Assembly (NCBI RefSeq): GCF_963921235.1
Contig: NC_086109.1
Span: forward strand, 15,316,001 to 15,380,000
From: Mobula hypostoma
Taxonomy: Eukaryota
Length of the DNA stretch: 64,000 nt
Direction of reading: 5' to 3'
A model generated the notes under the pieces. The model worked only from the letters and a program-made list of their open reading frames with translations, ran no database searches and was not told the DNA's origin. The translations under genes and the position numbers were made by a program. Position 1 is the stretch's first letter. Each line of letters opens with the position of its first letter. This document shows positions 1 through 11,930 of the stretch, piece by piece.

Positions 1-180
1 AAGATCTCAACACAATAGCATTAAACAATTAGAGCTACACAGCAATATTTATGTAAATCTTCAGAAAGCCACAATACTAAACACCACAAGAATAGTCTGA
101 AAGTCCCTAGCAATTGAAAGATGAGCGTGCTCGGTTATGCCCATACCTCAGATTTTAGCAGCTTGAGCTGAGAAAAAAAT
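1..180 (+). mobile_element. 3' end of an R4/Dong-like non-LTR retrotransposon (upstream copy)
   Basis: Near copy of 2490-2670 (GTAAATCTTCAGAAAGCCACAATA...GCTTGAGCTGAGAAAAAA), followed by TAA-rich sequence. Confidence 0.8.
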
Positions 181-219
181 GTGTTTATAATTAATAATAA
201 CAGTAACTTTATTATTATT

Positions 220-2670
220 TCATGAACCTATCACTTGTTTACATCACGTATTGCTCAAGTAATCATCACTCACTCAGATAACCACAATATACTTACAGAA
301 AAGCAGAAAGGATACCGTAGTGGAAATCTTTCATGTTGTTCTATTGACTACTAAAAACAATTTTATTTTCTCCCAATATCATGGTTAATAGAAGTACTTA
401 ATATGTATAAACTACACCCAATACTTGTGAAATTCCTGCAACTTCTGATGAAGCATTGGTTTCAATAGGTACAGAGAAATGTATATAATATACATCCTGA
501 AATTCTTTTTCTTCACAAACATCCATGAAAACAGAGGAGAGCCTCAAAGGATGAATGACAGTTAAATGTTAGAAACCCAAGGCCCCCCCAGCTCCCCCCA
601 CCCCTCTACCCATGCATAAGCAGCAGTAAAGCAATGACCCCCTTCCCCCACCAGCAAAAAAGCATCAGCACCCCCACCGAGCACTCAAATGTGCAGCAAA
701 GCATCAATAAAGACACCGACTTGCAGTTACCCCAAAGACTACTCATTCACCCAGTATTCGACATACCACAGGCTCTCTCTCTCTCTCCCTAATAAGGGAA
801 AAAGAGGTGTCCCCGTTTCACAGCAAGAAGGGAGATGTAACAAAACAACTCGCTGATTTATGTGTTAAAAGTCTGTTGTGTCACTTTTTCTGAGGTCTGT
901 GCCCAAAGAACTCAGGTCTCTGGACACATTGTACTGTAATCACTCTATCTATTAACAACCAAAAAAGAGCAACACCGTTATTAAAATAAACCGAGACATT
1001 TTTTTCGGGGTGACTCTCCGAGCCGATTATGGTTTTGTCTCATTTTAAACCCACTTCTAAATTACTGAATTGGAAAAAAATAGTGTAGCAAATGAGAAAC
1101 AACCAAGCAAATTATACCTTGACACACTTTCTATACATGGATGATTTGAAATTACATGCTCCTTCATCGATAAAGCTAAAGCAATTAATTTAAATAGTAG
1201 AACTATTTCTGAAAGATATAAACATGAACTTTGAACTAGAGAAGTGCAGAACATTAAACATCTAGAAAGATGCAATAGAGCTAGTAGAATATAAAACAGA
1301 GTGGCGGGATAAAATACAACTGATGGATGAATATGAAACATGTAAGTATTTTAGATTTTCAACAAGCAAAGAAAATAGATCATAGTCCAATAAAAGGAAA
1401 ACTTTTGACAGAATTTACTTCAAGGCTTAAGAAAATCTGCCAAACAGAACCCAACAGTAAAAATAGAGCAAAGGCAATAAACACTTTTGCTGCACCCGTA
1501 CTAATGTATTCTTTTGGCCTAATATCTTGGTCTGAAACTAATCTGGAAAATTTACAAAGAAAAATAAGAACAGAAATGACTAATTTTAGAGAACACTATG
1601 TACACTTGAACACACTTAGAGTAACACTACCTAGGACAGAAGGAAGAAGAGGGATAAAAGACATAAAAAGATTATGCAACAGTCAGATAAAAATCCTAAG
1701 GATAGATTTTCATCAATGAAAACAGGATTCAGCACTCCATGTGAGTATTTGCAATTCTGATAAAGAAGTACACACCATTTAACTTAAATGAGATCACAAC
1801 ACAGAAATGCGAATAAATTATCACTATAGAAGAAAAAGTCAACCAATGGAAGAGCATGACCTTCCATGGAAGACATCCCCATGATCTGAGCAGACTAGAT
1901 GTTGAACATGAAGCGAGGAAATCCTGGCTCAGAGTCGGAAACGTCTTCCTTTTGGCAATACAGGAACAGGTGGTTAACAGCAAAAATGATTACAAATATG
2001 TAATAAAAGACCAACAAATTCAAGAAGATAAATGCAGAAAATGCCTAGAGAAACCAGAAGCAACCCAACACACTACAGGATTCTGCAGCAGTTGAACACA
2101 ATCTGATTACATACACAGGCACAATCAAGTAGCAAACATCATTCACCAAGATCTTGCTTTAAAATACAAACTCATAAAAGACACCATACCTTACTATAAA
2201 TACAAGCTTGATCCAGTTTTAGAGAGAGACTACCACAAATTATATTATGACCAATCCATTATTTCAGATAGGCAATCTATAATAGCCATCTAGATAGAAC
2301 AATGCAGGATAAAAAAGCAAGAACAAGTTACTTAATACATACAGCTATTCCAAATACACATAACATGCAGAAATCAATAAGTGAAAAACACTAGAAATAT
2401 GTTGAATTCAAACAGGAAATTGAAAGGCTATGGAATATGAACAGGGTATGCCTTGTCCCATTAGTGATACCTAAAACTGGTAACATCCCAAACTCACTAC
2501 ACAATAGATTTATACAATTAGTCCTTCATGTAAATAGTTAGGTAAATCTTCAGAAAGCCACAATAATAAACACCACTAGAATAGTCCGAAAGTTCCCAGC
2601 AATTGAGAAATGAGTGTGCTCGGTTCTGCCTGTACCTCAGGCTTTACCAGCTTGAGCTGAGAAAAAATAA
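220..2670 (+). mobile_element. Decayed R4/Dong-clade retrotransposon (RT, CCHC knuckle, restriction-like endonuclease), 5'-truncated
   Basis: RT motifs GD-S-S-LWFCL-LNPL (~1010-1056) and LYMDDLKL (~1130-1155); NSKNRAKAINTFAAPVLMYSFGLISW and TLPRTEGRRG in ORF 1327; CRKC...H....C at ~2030-2085; RHNQVA; C-terminal LQKATI. Many stops and frameshifts; interrupted at ~460-925. Confidence 0.85.
460..925 (-). mobile_element. Non-coding retroposon (non-autonomous LINE/SINE family) inserted in the R4 element
   Basis: Homologous to 8600-8800 and 57425-57815; shares its 3' tail with 9533-10228 and 31340-31443; CATTG flanks both sides. Confidence 0.75.
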
Positions 2671-3242
2671 AAATACAACAATAATAAAAAATAAGTAAAT
2701 AAATAAGCAAAAATATTGAGAAAGTAAGATGAAAAGAATGGAATTGAGAAGGAAATCAGCCATGACTAAATGGTGGGGAAGACTTGATACGCCAAATTTT
2801 CTAGTTCTGCTCCTGTATCTTAATGGTCTTGTGGAATTGACGAAGCTCACAAGTGGGCAACAGGTGATTTCATGAGGTACCCGACTAACTGCGTGGCTGG
2901 AGAAGCTACATTAAATGCAGCAAAAAGTGCTAACATAAGTCTGCAGATGTGCAAGGGTGCTGGGTGAGCAGGGACAATACAGGCTGATGAGTGATTAGGA
3001 CAAATGTTTGGATAGGACGATATTGTGTCACTGGACAGGAGGAGCCTTACTAGCACAACAGAGAATTGAGAATGCTACATGTTGAAAAGAAATATCACCA
3101 CTAGAGACAGAGCAAATACTTTACTAAAATTCTGAATACCCAGTTACAGAACTTGTTCTGAAAATACTCTCTCAATAACAAATCGCAATTTGGATGCCGG
3201 AGATGAAGGCTAAGCAACAAACAAAAGACATTTTGTGATCAA

Positions 3243-3500
3243 AGCATGGTAGCATAGTGGTTAGCGTAATGTTATTGCAGTGCCAGAAACCTGGATTCAA
3301 ATCCACCACTGTCTGTAAGTAGTTTGTACATTCTCTCCACGACTGCATGGGTTTCCTCCTGCCATTCCCGTTTCCTCTCACAGTCCACAGTCGTACCATT
3401 CGGTAGGATAAATTGATTACGTGTGTGTAATTGGGTGGTGCAGGCTCATTGGGCCTGTTACAGTGCTGGATCTCTAAATAAAATAAATGAAATAAAATAA
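3243..3500 (+). mobile_element. tRNA-derived V-domain SINE (HE1-like)
   Basis: A box TAGCATAGTGG, B box GGATTCAAATCC, V core GTTTGTACATTCTC...GGGTTTCCTCC...CACAGTCCA, (TAAA)n tail. Confidence 0.8.
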
Positions 3501-3561
3501 AATGATGCATTAGATTGGAATAAATTGATATAATAAATAAATATAACAAATGGATGGGGTC

Positions 3562-3830
3562 CGGTAATGTAGTGGTTAGCACGATTGTACCACAGCTCGG
3601 GGCATTCCGGAGTTCCGAGTTCAGTTCTGCCGCTGGCTGTACAGAGTTTGTACGTGCTCCCTGTGACCTCGTGGGTCTTCCCCAGAAGCTCCAGCTTCCT
3701 TCCACAGTCCAAAGATGTACCGGTTAGTAGGTTCATCGGTCACTGTAAATTGGGTTAAATCAGCATTGCTGAGCGGTGTGGCTTGTTGGGCCAGCAGGGT
3801 TTGTTCTGTGCTGTATCTCTAAATAAATAA
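3562..3830 (+). mobile_element. tRNA-derived V-domain SINE
   Basis: Same head, core and CTGTATCTCTAAATAAATAAA tail as 3243-3500. Confidence 0.8.
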
Positions 3831-4399
3831 AGTAGTGTTGAACTGGAAAGAGGAGACGAGAAATTCAGCCACAGGCATTGTCTCTCTCTCTCTCTCCCTC
3901 TCTTTTATGCTTCTTCATTTTCAGTATTCTCAAAATTGGGGTCATACATCTCTGTGCTAGGGGACAGCAAGACTGTCTTGTTCTTTACTGCACCATTACA
4001 TTTCTGCAGCTAAAGTGATCTGGTCATCAATAGTTCTGAAAGCCTCTGCGTGCCTGAAAGAAATCGATGGAAGTGCAAGTAGGATAGTTCTTCTCTATTT
4101 TTTCATGTGATTAATCTGTTGTCTGACCACATATTAAAATGAATGATGGAGGAAGACTTCCTTTTGAATTGTATTTTATATCCTTTTTTTAAAAAAAAAA
4201 TTCAGATTCTTCTTTTCAATTATAAATGATTTGGAATGTGCGAGATTTCTTTAATCCTCATTAAAAAGATTGTATGGGTAATGTAATGATACTCCGACAA
4301 GGAGCTTCAAACGATCCTGAGCCGATATAGAAAATGCAATTATTTCTAATATAGCATTCCAGGGTAGTCAGGAGTGAAATATTGCAAGTACTGCAAAGT

Positions 4400-4565
4400 A
4401 AATGAAACAGAATGTGCCAGAATATTCAGTAGGTCAGGAAGCATCTGTGCAGTGAGAAACCTAATCATGTTTCAGATTGCTAACCTACCTGAAACATTAA
4501 TTTATTTTCACTCTCTACAACCCCTCCCAGATTTATTAAATATTCCCAGCATAGTTTGTTTAATT
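4400..4565. repeat. Old palindromic Penelope-terminus-derived element
   Basis: Inverted halves (GAATATTCAGTAGGTCAGGAAGCATCTGTG...ATGTTTCAG / CTGAAACAT...AATATTCCCAGCAT) resembling the PLE terminus. Confidence 0.5.
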
Positions 4566-4689
4566 TATGATATATTGGGGCCATAATAAATGTTCATTAA
4601 AAGGATTTTACTGTATATCCTGGTTCTTAAAATTTGTTATAGCTGAGAGTGGTAATGGTATCAAACTCCCACTACCTATTAAATGTGTC

Positions 4690-5192
4690 AAATGGTGGGT
4701 GTCTCAAAAAGCCTTTGACAAACAGGTCCAGCTCCTGGACTTCACATGTGGTTAGCTGCTAATCCTGGCAGAACCACAGAACCATTTCTACTGACAGGAG
4801 AAGGGGGCAAAGGTGGGTTACCGGCACCTTAAAACCAGCCTATTTGGGCAGATGGTACTAGTCAGCCATGGTTGGCAGCTCATCTAGGAGAAGGAAAACT
4901 CTGATCTCAAACCTCCGGTGGTGAAGGCTTTGGGAGTAAACCCTGAGGGAAAAATCCAGAGCTGGAGTCCTTAAGGCTGTCAGTCCTACATTGAGTTCAG
5001 CGCTGACTGGCAACTCCTGCTGTTATCAAACCGTATTGGTCTCTGCCGTTCCTTTGGGTTCATCAGATATGTGGAGAAGGGAGCTTGCTACATGGTCAAC
5101 AGCTTGCTCTCCATATCGTACTGCCCAGGTTTGCGTATCTAGACAGCTAGGACACAACGTCCATGGTTGACCCTGACCATTGGAGGCCTACC
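4690..5192 (+). mobile_element. Bipartite non-autonomous RTE-derived retroposon
   Basis: RTE 5'-UTR-type motif CATCTAGGAGAAGGAAAACTCTGATCTCAAACCTCC; its 3' tail resembles the tail of the RTE at 39895-39940 (-). Confidence 0.7.
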
Positions 5193-5469
5193 ATATAACA
5201 TCACTAGTTTGGGAGAGGGTGCTAGAGAAACCAAGGGACAGTAATCGCCCAATTAGCCTTTTCATGAAATGATGGTTAGCTCCAAACATTGCTTTGGCCT
5301 TTATCTCTTTTATAGCTTTGGTTAACAAAAACCTGTTTCTCCCAAATTTAAATCAAACGTTGTATTTCTATGCAGAAAATAACTCAGAGTCAAGTTCAAG
5401 TTTATTGTCATCTGACTGTACATATATACAATAAAAAAAACAACGTTCCTCTGGTCCCTGGTGCACCCA

Positions 5470-7514
5470 CAATACATAAATCACGCACAGCATATGAAAC
5501 GTGGGGAGAGCCAGCCTTGGAAATAAAAGAAGGCATCGAACTAAAAGTTGGTGCATACAAATTCACCGAGACTAGTGGGAAACTGGAAGATTGGGAAAGC
5601 AACAAAAAGCCACTAAGCGAGCAATAAAGAAAGGAAAGATAGATTATGAAAATAAACCAACACAAAATATAAAAATGGATAGTAAAAGTTTTGATAGTTA
5701 TATAAAGTAGAAAAGGGTGGCTTAAGTGAATGTAGGTCCTTTGGAGGACGAGAAGGGGGAATTGATATTGGGTAATGAAGAAATGACAGAGGCTTTGAAA
5801 GACTATTTTGTGTCAGTCTTCCTGGTGGAAGACACATCTAACATGCTGGAGAGATGTTATGGATACGATAGGAGGTGAAGACCTGGTTACAATAGCTATC
5901 ACTAAAGTGGTAGTGCTGTGCCTACTTGTGGGTCTGAAGGTAGACAAGTCCCCTGGTCCTGATGGAATGCATCCAGGGTACTGAAAGAAATGGCAGAAGT
6001 TATAGTAGAGGCTTTGGTGATAATTTACCAGAATTCTCTGGACTCTAGCAGGTCCCAGCGGATTGGAAGACAGCGAATATCACGCCACTGTTCAAAAAAG
6101 GATATGGGCAAGAGATAGGTAACTATAGGCCAGTTGGTTTAACATCTGAGGTTGGAAAAATGCTTTAAGCTATCACTAAAGAAGAAATAGCAAGGCATCT
6201 GGAAAGAAATGGATCCATCAGGTAGACACTGCATGGATTCAGCAAATGCAGGTCCTGTTTGAGAAACTTACTGGAGTTCTTTGAGGATATAATGAGCACA
6301 GTGGATAGAGGGGAATGGATGGATGTTATTTACTTAGATTTCCAGAAGGCGTTCGATAAGGTGCCGCATAAAACACATATCCACAATGTAAGGATGCATA
6401 GAGTTGGGGGTGAGGTATTAGCATGGATAGAGGATTGGCTAACTAATAGAAAGCAGATGGTTGGGATACATGTATGTTACTCTGGTTGGCAATCACTGGT
6501 GAGCGGTGTACCGCAGGGGTTGGTGCTGGGCCCACAACTGTTCATGATATACATTAACAATCTGGAAGAGGGGACCAAGTGTAGTGTATCTAAGTTTGCT
6601 GATGATAGTAAATTGAGTAGAAAAGCAAATTGTGCAGAAGATATGGAGAGGCTACAGAGAGATATAGATAGGTTAAGTGAGTGGAAAAGGATCTGGCAGA
6701 TGGAGTACAATGTTGGTAAATGCGAGGTCACCTACTTCAGAAGGAGAACTGAAAGAGCAAATTATTATTTAAATGGTAAAAAGAATTGCAGCATGCTGCT
6801 GTGCATGAATCAAATAAAGTTGGCTTGCAGGAGCGGCAGGCTATCAAGAAGCCAAATGGAATGTTGGCCTTTATTGCTAGAGAGATTGAATTTAAGAACA
6901 GGGAGGTTATATTGCAACTGTACAGGGTACTGGTGAGGCCGCACCTGGAGTACTGCATGCAGTTCTGGTCTCCTTACCTGAGGAAGGATATATTGGCTTT
7001 GGAGGCAGTGCAGAGGAGGTTCACCGGGTTTATTCTAGAGATGAAGGGATTAGGCTATGAGGAGAGATTGAGTCGCCTGGGACTGTACTCACTGGAATTC
7101 AGAAGAATGAGAGGAGATCTTATAGAAACATCTAAAATTATGAAAAGGATAGATAAGATAGAGGCAGGAAAGTTGTTTCCACTGGTAAGTGAGACTAGAA
7201 CTAGGAGACATAGCCTCAAGATTTGGGGGAATAGATTTAGGACGGAGATGAGGAGGAACTGCTTTTCCCAGAGAGTGGTGAATTTGTGGAATTCTCTGTC
7301 CAATGAAGCAGTGGAGGTTACCTCAGTAAATGCGTTTGTATATTTAAGACAAGGTTGGATAGATTTTTGCACAGTAGGGGAATTAAAGGTTAGGGGAAAA
7401 GGCAGGTAGATGGAGATGAGTCCATGGCCAGATTAGCCACGATCTTATTGAATAGCGGAGCAGACTCGACAGGCCAGATGGCTGACTCATGCTCCTATTT
7501 CTTATGTTCTTATG
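5470..7514 (+). mobile_element. CR1 LINE ORF2 (RT), 5'-truncated and decayed
   Basis: YLDFQKAFDKVPH, GVPQGLVLGPQLF, KFADD, RPHLEYCMQFWSP, RRMRGDLIE, FSQRVVNLWNSL; tail TCTTATGTTCTTATG; stops and frameshifts. Confidence 0.95.
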
Positions 7515-7519
7515 ACTGG

Positions 7520-7915
7520 TTTGAGCAGCAAGAGGACTGGAAAGGGTCTGATGTAGCTGAGATTTAATACGACTCATTACCAGCCGCTCAAAGCGCTTCA
7601 TGATTGTTGAGGTCAGTGCCACTGGGCAGTAGTCATTTGGGCCAGTTACCATCACCCTCTTGGGGTGATGGTGCTGTCTTGAAGCCTACGTGGACAGTAG
7701 ACTCTTGCAAAGAGATATTAAAGATGTCCATTAAGACCTCTGTTAGCTGGGCCGCACTGTCCCTCAATATCCTGACCAGGTATGTTGTGTGGCCCCGCAG
7801 TTTTGCTTGGGTTTTCTCTGGCCAGGATCCTCCTCACCTCCGTGGTGGCCAGACAGTGCCTGTTCCTCAGGAGGAGAGGTGGCTTTCCTTGATGGCACAT
7901 TGTCTCCAAGCTTCT
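7520..7915 (-). mobile_element. Rex1/Babar LINE RT fragment
   Basis: NDYCPVALTSTIMKRFERLV; NPSKTAGPHNIPG. Confidence 0.85.
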
Positions 7916-8344
7916 ACCATCTTTTATGAAAGGAATGTTTATAGAATTTATTTTTGAAACATATTTTCGGGTAAAAACTCTACTCTTTGATCCCGAACAC
8001 TGGAAATCGTTTCTCACTATCTATTTTGCACTCTGGAACTTCGATCAAATGCTCATTGGCATTTTAAGTTGTACAGCCGCAAAGCAGCCACTTTATGAGT
8101 TGGAACCTATTTCCTTGCAAGTCAACTGCCTTTTCTACATCTGCAATTATGTAGTAACTTAACAAAAGGATCTATTTAAGGCAAATTAAAGGAAAAGTGC
8201 ATTAAAAATTTCATTTAGTTTAATCCGGATGAGCGAAAAACAGGCCAGAGATGCAGCCAAGGCTTAAACAGTGACTTAAAAATTATAACTTCCTATTTCT
8301 GTGCATTACTCATGTCAAGAACATAATTCTTAACACTGAAGAAC

Positions 8345-8590
8345 CATTGCACAGTCAATGCTGCTGGCTTCAGATGGGATTTTAAACTAAAGCTTTACCT
8401 CTGTCTGGTGATGTAAGAATTCCAAGGGTACTAATTTACAGAAGAACAATATATTTCTGGTTTGTTCCAATCGATATTTATCTCTCCAACCATGCTACTA
8501 AAAACACAAGTTATCTTCTCATTAAATCATTGTTGCCTATGGTCTTTTGCTCTGCAAATTTCTTAATATCACACTTCAGAAATAGGTTCT
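8345..8590 (+). mobile_element. Ancient Deu-domain SINE remnant (SacSINE1/AmnSINE-like)
   Basis: Degenerate match to the Deu core as I recall it: CAGATGGGATTTTAAAC...GATGTAAGAATTCCAAGG...GAAGAACA...ATATTTATCTCTCCAACC...TTATC...CATTGTTG. Confidence 0.6.
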
Positions 8591-8599
8591 TAAATTATG

Positions 8600-8800
8600 T
8601 ATTCAATGGTTCAATGGATTAAGGGTTCCACTTACTATCAGAGAATGTATACAGTATACAGCCTGAAATTGTTACTCTCCGCAGACATCCACGAAACAGA
8701 AAAACTCCAAAAAATGAATGACAGGGAAAATGTAAGAACCCCAATGTCCCCTGGTCCCTTCCCATGCACAAGCAGCAGCAAAGCATCAATCCTTCCCCCC
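8600..8800 (-). mobile_element. 3' fragment of the 460-925 retroposon family
   Basis: Shared CCTGAAATT...ACATCCACGAAACAGA...ATGAATGACAG...AGAACCCCAA. Confidence 0.7.
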
Positions 8801-9096
8801 AAAATCCAACTCAAGGCTAGGTGGCTATTCGTTGGAGATCACTATTGCCTGGTACTGATCTGGCAATAATGTTGCTTGCCACTTGTGTAATCATCAGCAA
8901 ATAATATTAGCCCGCCCCTGCAATCATTTGGTGGAAGGAAAATCATTCATGAATCAGCTGAAGCTGATTTGACCTAAGGCACTTCCCTGAGGAATTCCTG
9001 AAGTCATGGGGTCAGCTACCTGAGGAATTGCTATCTGAGTTAGTTTTGACATTTAGAAGATAGTTGGATATGTACACAGATAGGAAAGTTTTAGAT

Positions 9097-9153
9097 CAGG
9101 GGTTCCATGGTATTGGTATTGGTCCATGGCATAAAAAAAGTTGGGAACCCCTG
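9097..9153. mobile_element. hAT (Charlie-type) mini-MITE
   Basis: TIR CAGGGGTTCC/GGAACCCCTG; 8-bp TSD TTTTAGAT/TTTTAGAG; sits in a CR1 tail (9030-9350). Confidence 0.8.
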
Positions 9154-9532
9154 TTTTAGAGGGACGAGGGATAAAGACAGACAAATAGGACTTTGTTCAG
9201 CTCGGCAAATCTTCCTCGTACAAGAGTTAAGATTCCAACCACTGGGGTATTGTCCAATTGATGCTCATTAACCCGATGACACTTTGTGTCTAGTGGTACA
9301 GATTAGGTGGGCTGAAGGGTCGGTTTCTGTGCTGTACTGCTCTATGACTCCACACTCTGTTATCCAATTCCTTTAATCATTCTTACTCTCCCAAAAAACT
9401 GAGCTGTTTGCTCTGTGCTGCATTGCTGAGCTTGTTATTGGTAAGTTTATAAAGTCATGAGGAGTATGGATAGGGTGTATAGCCACACTTATTTTCCCTA
9501 GGGTAGGGGAGTACAAAACGAGCCAGCCTGGC

Positions 9533-10228
9533 ATTCAAAGGATTCAAAGTACATTTATTACCAAAGCATGTATGCAGTATACAACCCTGAAATTCATCTT
9601 CCTCGCAGACAGCCACGAAACAAAGAAACACCGTGGAATCCATTCAAAGAAAAACATCAATTCCCCCTTGTGCAAAAAAAACAAATTGTGCAAATGGCAA
9701 CAAGAAAGAATGAGTGAAATGTTTACACACAATCAAGAGTTCAGCTCAGTGTTCATTACCTGCAGGCCTCAAACACCATTGAGAGAGAGAGAGAGAGACG
9801 CCATTCAAATGCAGCGACCATCTCTTAGGAGCCGTGAGCAAGAGGGAGAGACAGACCGTTACACGCGGACACCTTCCTCTGGCAGCAGTGAGCGAGAGGC
9901 TGGTAGGTGTGCTGGTCACGCACTCGTCTTCGGCACTCATCTCGATGTTCTCAATCTTCTTCGATGCTTTAATCGGTGAGATCGGCGAGAAATGGAGCCA
10001 ATCATGGTCTCTAAGCTTCTTGGTCTTGGAGCCCTCTCGCAGGCAGCAAAGCACCAGATCACTCAATCGGCCGAAAGCACACCGTCAAGCTATAGATCAC
10101 AGGCTCCAACGGTACCAGAATCCACCTTTGAAAGAAAAAGAAGACGTAAAAGAAGTGAAAGAAACAGTGTCGTGGACCGTCTGGAGGATGTTGTCCCGTG
10201 GTAGCGTCATTCGCTGGTGCCATCTTCT
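9533..10228 (-). mobile_element. Full-length non-autonomous LINE derivative
   Basis: Minus strand starts AAGATGGCACC and ends AATAAATGTACTTTGAATCCTTTGAA; TSD CCAGCCTGG (9523-9531) / CCAGCATGG (10230-10238) splits a CR1 3' fragment (9430-10510). Confidence 0.75.
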
Positions 10229-10595
10229 TCCAGCATGGGTTAAAAGCGAGAGGGAAAAGATATAAAAGTGAGCTGAGGGGCAACATTTCCACACAGAGAA
10301 ATGGTGGTGTGCACGTGGAACAGGGAAGTGGTAGTCTGAGTACAGCTATGACATTTAAAAGATTCTTGGGTAGGTTCACAGATAGAAAGGTTTTAGAGTC
10401 ATATGGGATAAAGACAGACAAATAGGACTTGCTCAGTTAGACAAGTTGGTCGGCATGCATGTGATGGGCCGAATGGTCAGTTTTCCACTTTGTATAACTC
10501 AATGACTCTTGGTATTGAAGGGACAATGAGAGAATTTCTGTGCAAAAATCAGAGAGCAGAGATGCAGCCTGTTAGCTTTCCAAATTAAGATAATA

Positions 10596-11131
10596 GACTC
10601 AGTGACCAGCTTATTAGGGGTGCCTGTACACTTGCTCATTAATGCAAATATCTAATCAGCCATTCATGTGGCTGCGACTCAATGCATAAAAGCATGCAGA
10701 CATGGTCAGAGGGGTCATCTGTTGTTCAGACTAACATTAGAAAAGTGATCTAAGTGACTTTGCGCATGGTGCCAGAAAGGGTGATTTGAGTATCTCAAAA
10801 AATTTTGATCTCTTGGGATTTTCACAACAACAGTCTCTAGAGTTTACAGAAAGTGGGGCAAAAAACAACAAAATAAAGCATCGAGTCAGTGGCAGTTTTG
10901 TAGGCAAAAATGCCTTGTTAATGAGAGAGGTCTGAGGAGAATGGCCAGACTGGTTCAAGCTGACAGGAAAGCAACAATAACTCACAAAAACTCGCGTTAC
11001 AACGTTACAACAGTGGTGTGGAGAAGAACACCTCTGAATGCACAGCCCGTTGAACCTTGGGCTGCAGCATCAGAAGACCAGAAACATACTCTCAGTGACA
11101 ACTTTATTAGATACAGTAGGTACCTAATAAA
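10596..11131 (+). mobile_element. Tc1-family internal deletion derivative
   Basis: TA plus TIR (C)ACTCAGTG(G)CCACTTTATTAGG; transposase N-terminal remnants (DLSDF, LLGFS, RRMARLVQADRKATIT). Confidence 0.85.
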
Positions 11132-11331
11132 ACGCTTGATAAAGAGGACAGAACTATTTCTACTGGCAGGTGAACACAGAATGAAAAGGAACAGATTTTA
11201 TCAGTTAACAAACAAATCTGCAAGGGAGATGAGGATAAAATTATAAATGAACTGACATGGCAAATCCTTACGACATGGAAGTCCACTAACTGGAAGCATA
11301 TCACTGGTATCCTTCAAAAGAGAATGGGATA

Positions 11332-11528
11332 TGTCATGTTTTGTAACTTCAAAGCGTTAGACTAATTCAAAGGGAGACATGGGGAGTCCGAAATGCAGGT
11401 GTAACTTCATCTTTAAGCGAGACGTGCGCGCATCATGTGGTAGCGTGATGGCGTATGCAATTAACCTATCTTTACATATAACTGGTAATTAATTATTTAA
11501 ATAAAAATAAGCTTAATTAAACTATATT

Positions 11529-11565
<37 letters not shown>

Positions 11566-11605
11566 TAGATTACTCAGATATTATTGAAATGTTAAATACA
11601 AAACA
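11332..11605. mobile_element. Solo LTR, same family as 47881-48119; contains a (CA)n tract
   Basis: TGTCAT...AAACA termini; 5-bp TSD GGATA/GAATA; homologous to 47881-48119. Confidence 0.7.
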
Positions 11606-11930
11606 GAATACGTGGTTAAAAAGGAAAAAGTGTTGTTCAGCCTATGACCAGTGTGTTTATTTGGTTTACTGACAGAGCGTCTCAATTTCACATTGCTTTT
11701 ATGCTAATAGAAGATTATTTCTATATAATTTATGAACGATTGTATGAGCTTTCCAAATCAGACTGAAGAAAGCCTGCCTTTCATTTTGTAAAACCAAGAC
11801 CAATGATAAATATGTAGAGGCTCAGAATTCAGCTGAGGTTTTGCCATTAGCCTTCCTGAACTTATCCCATGTAGCCATCTCTCCTAAGGTCACTTCTGAT
11901 TTGATGTTTAACATCAGTGTGACTGTCTCA

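Noticed and set aside
3243..3310. tRNA-like sequences (also 13755, 51575, 56840)
   Set aside because: SINE heads joined to SINE bodies; no complete cloverleaf.
3985..4060. Kinase-like 'LAARNVMV' look-alike and acceptor sites on both strands
   Set aside because: The motif needs a frameshift, there is no HRD, and there are stops or weak donors nearby.
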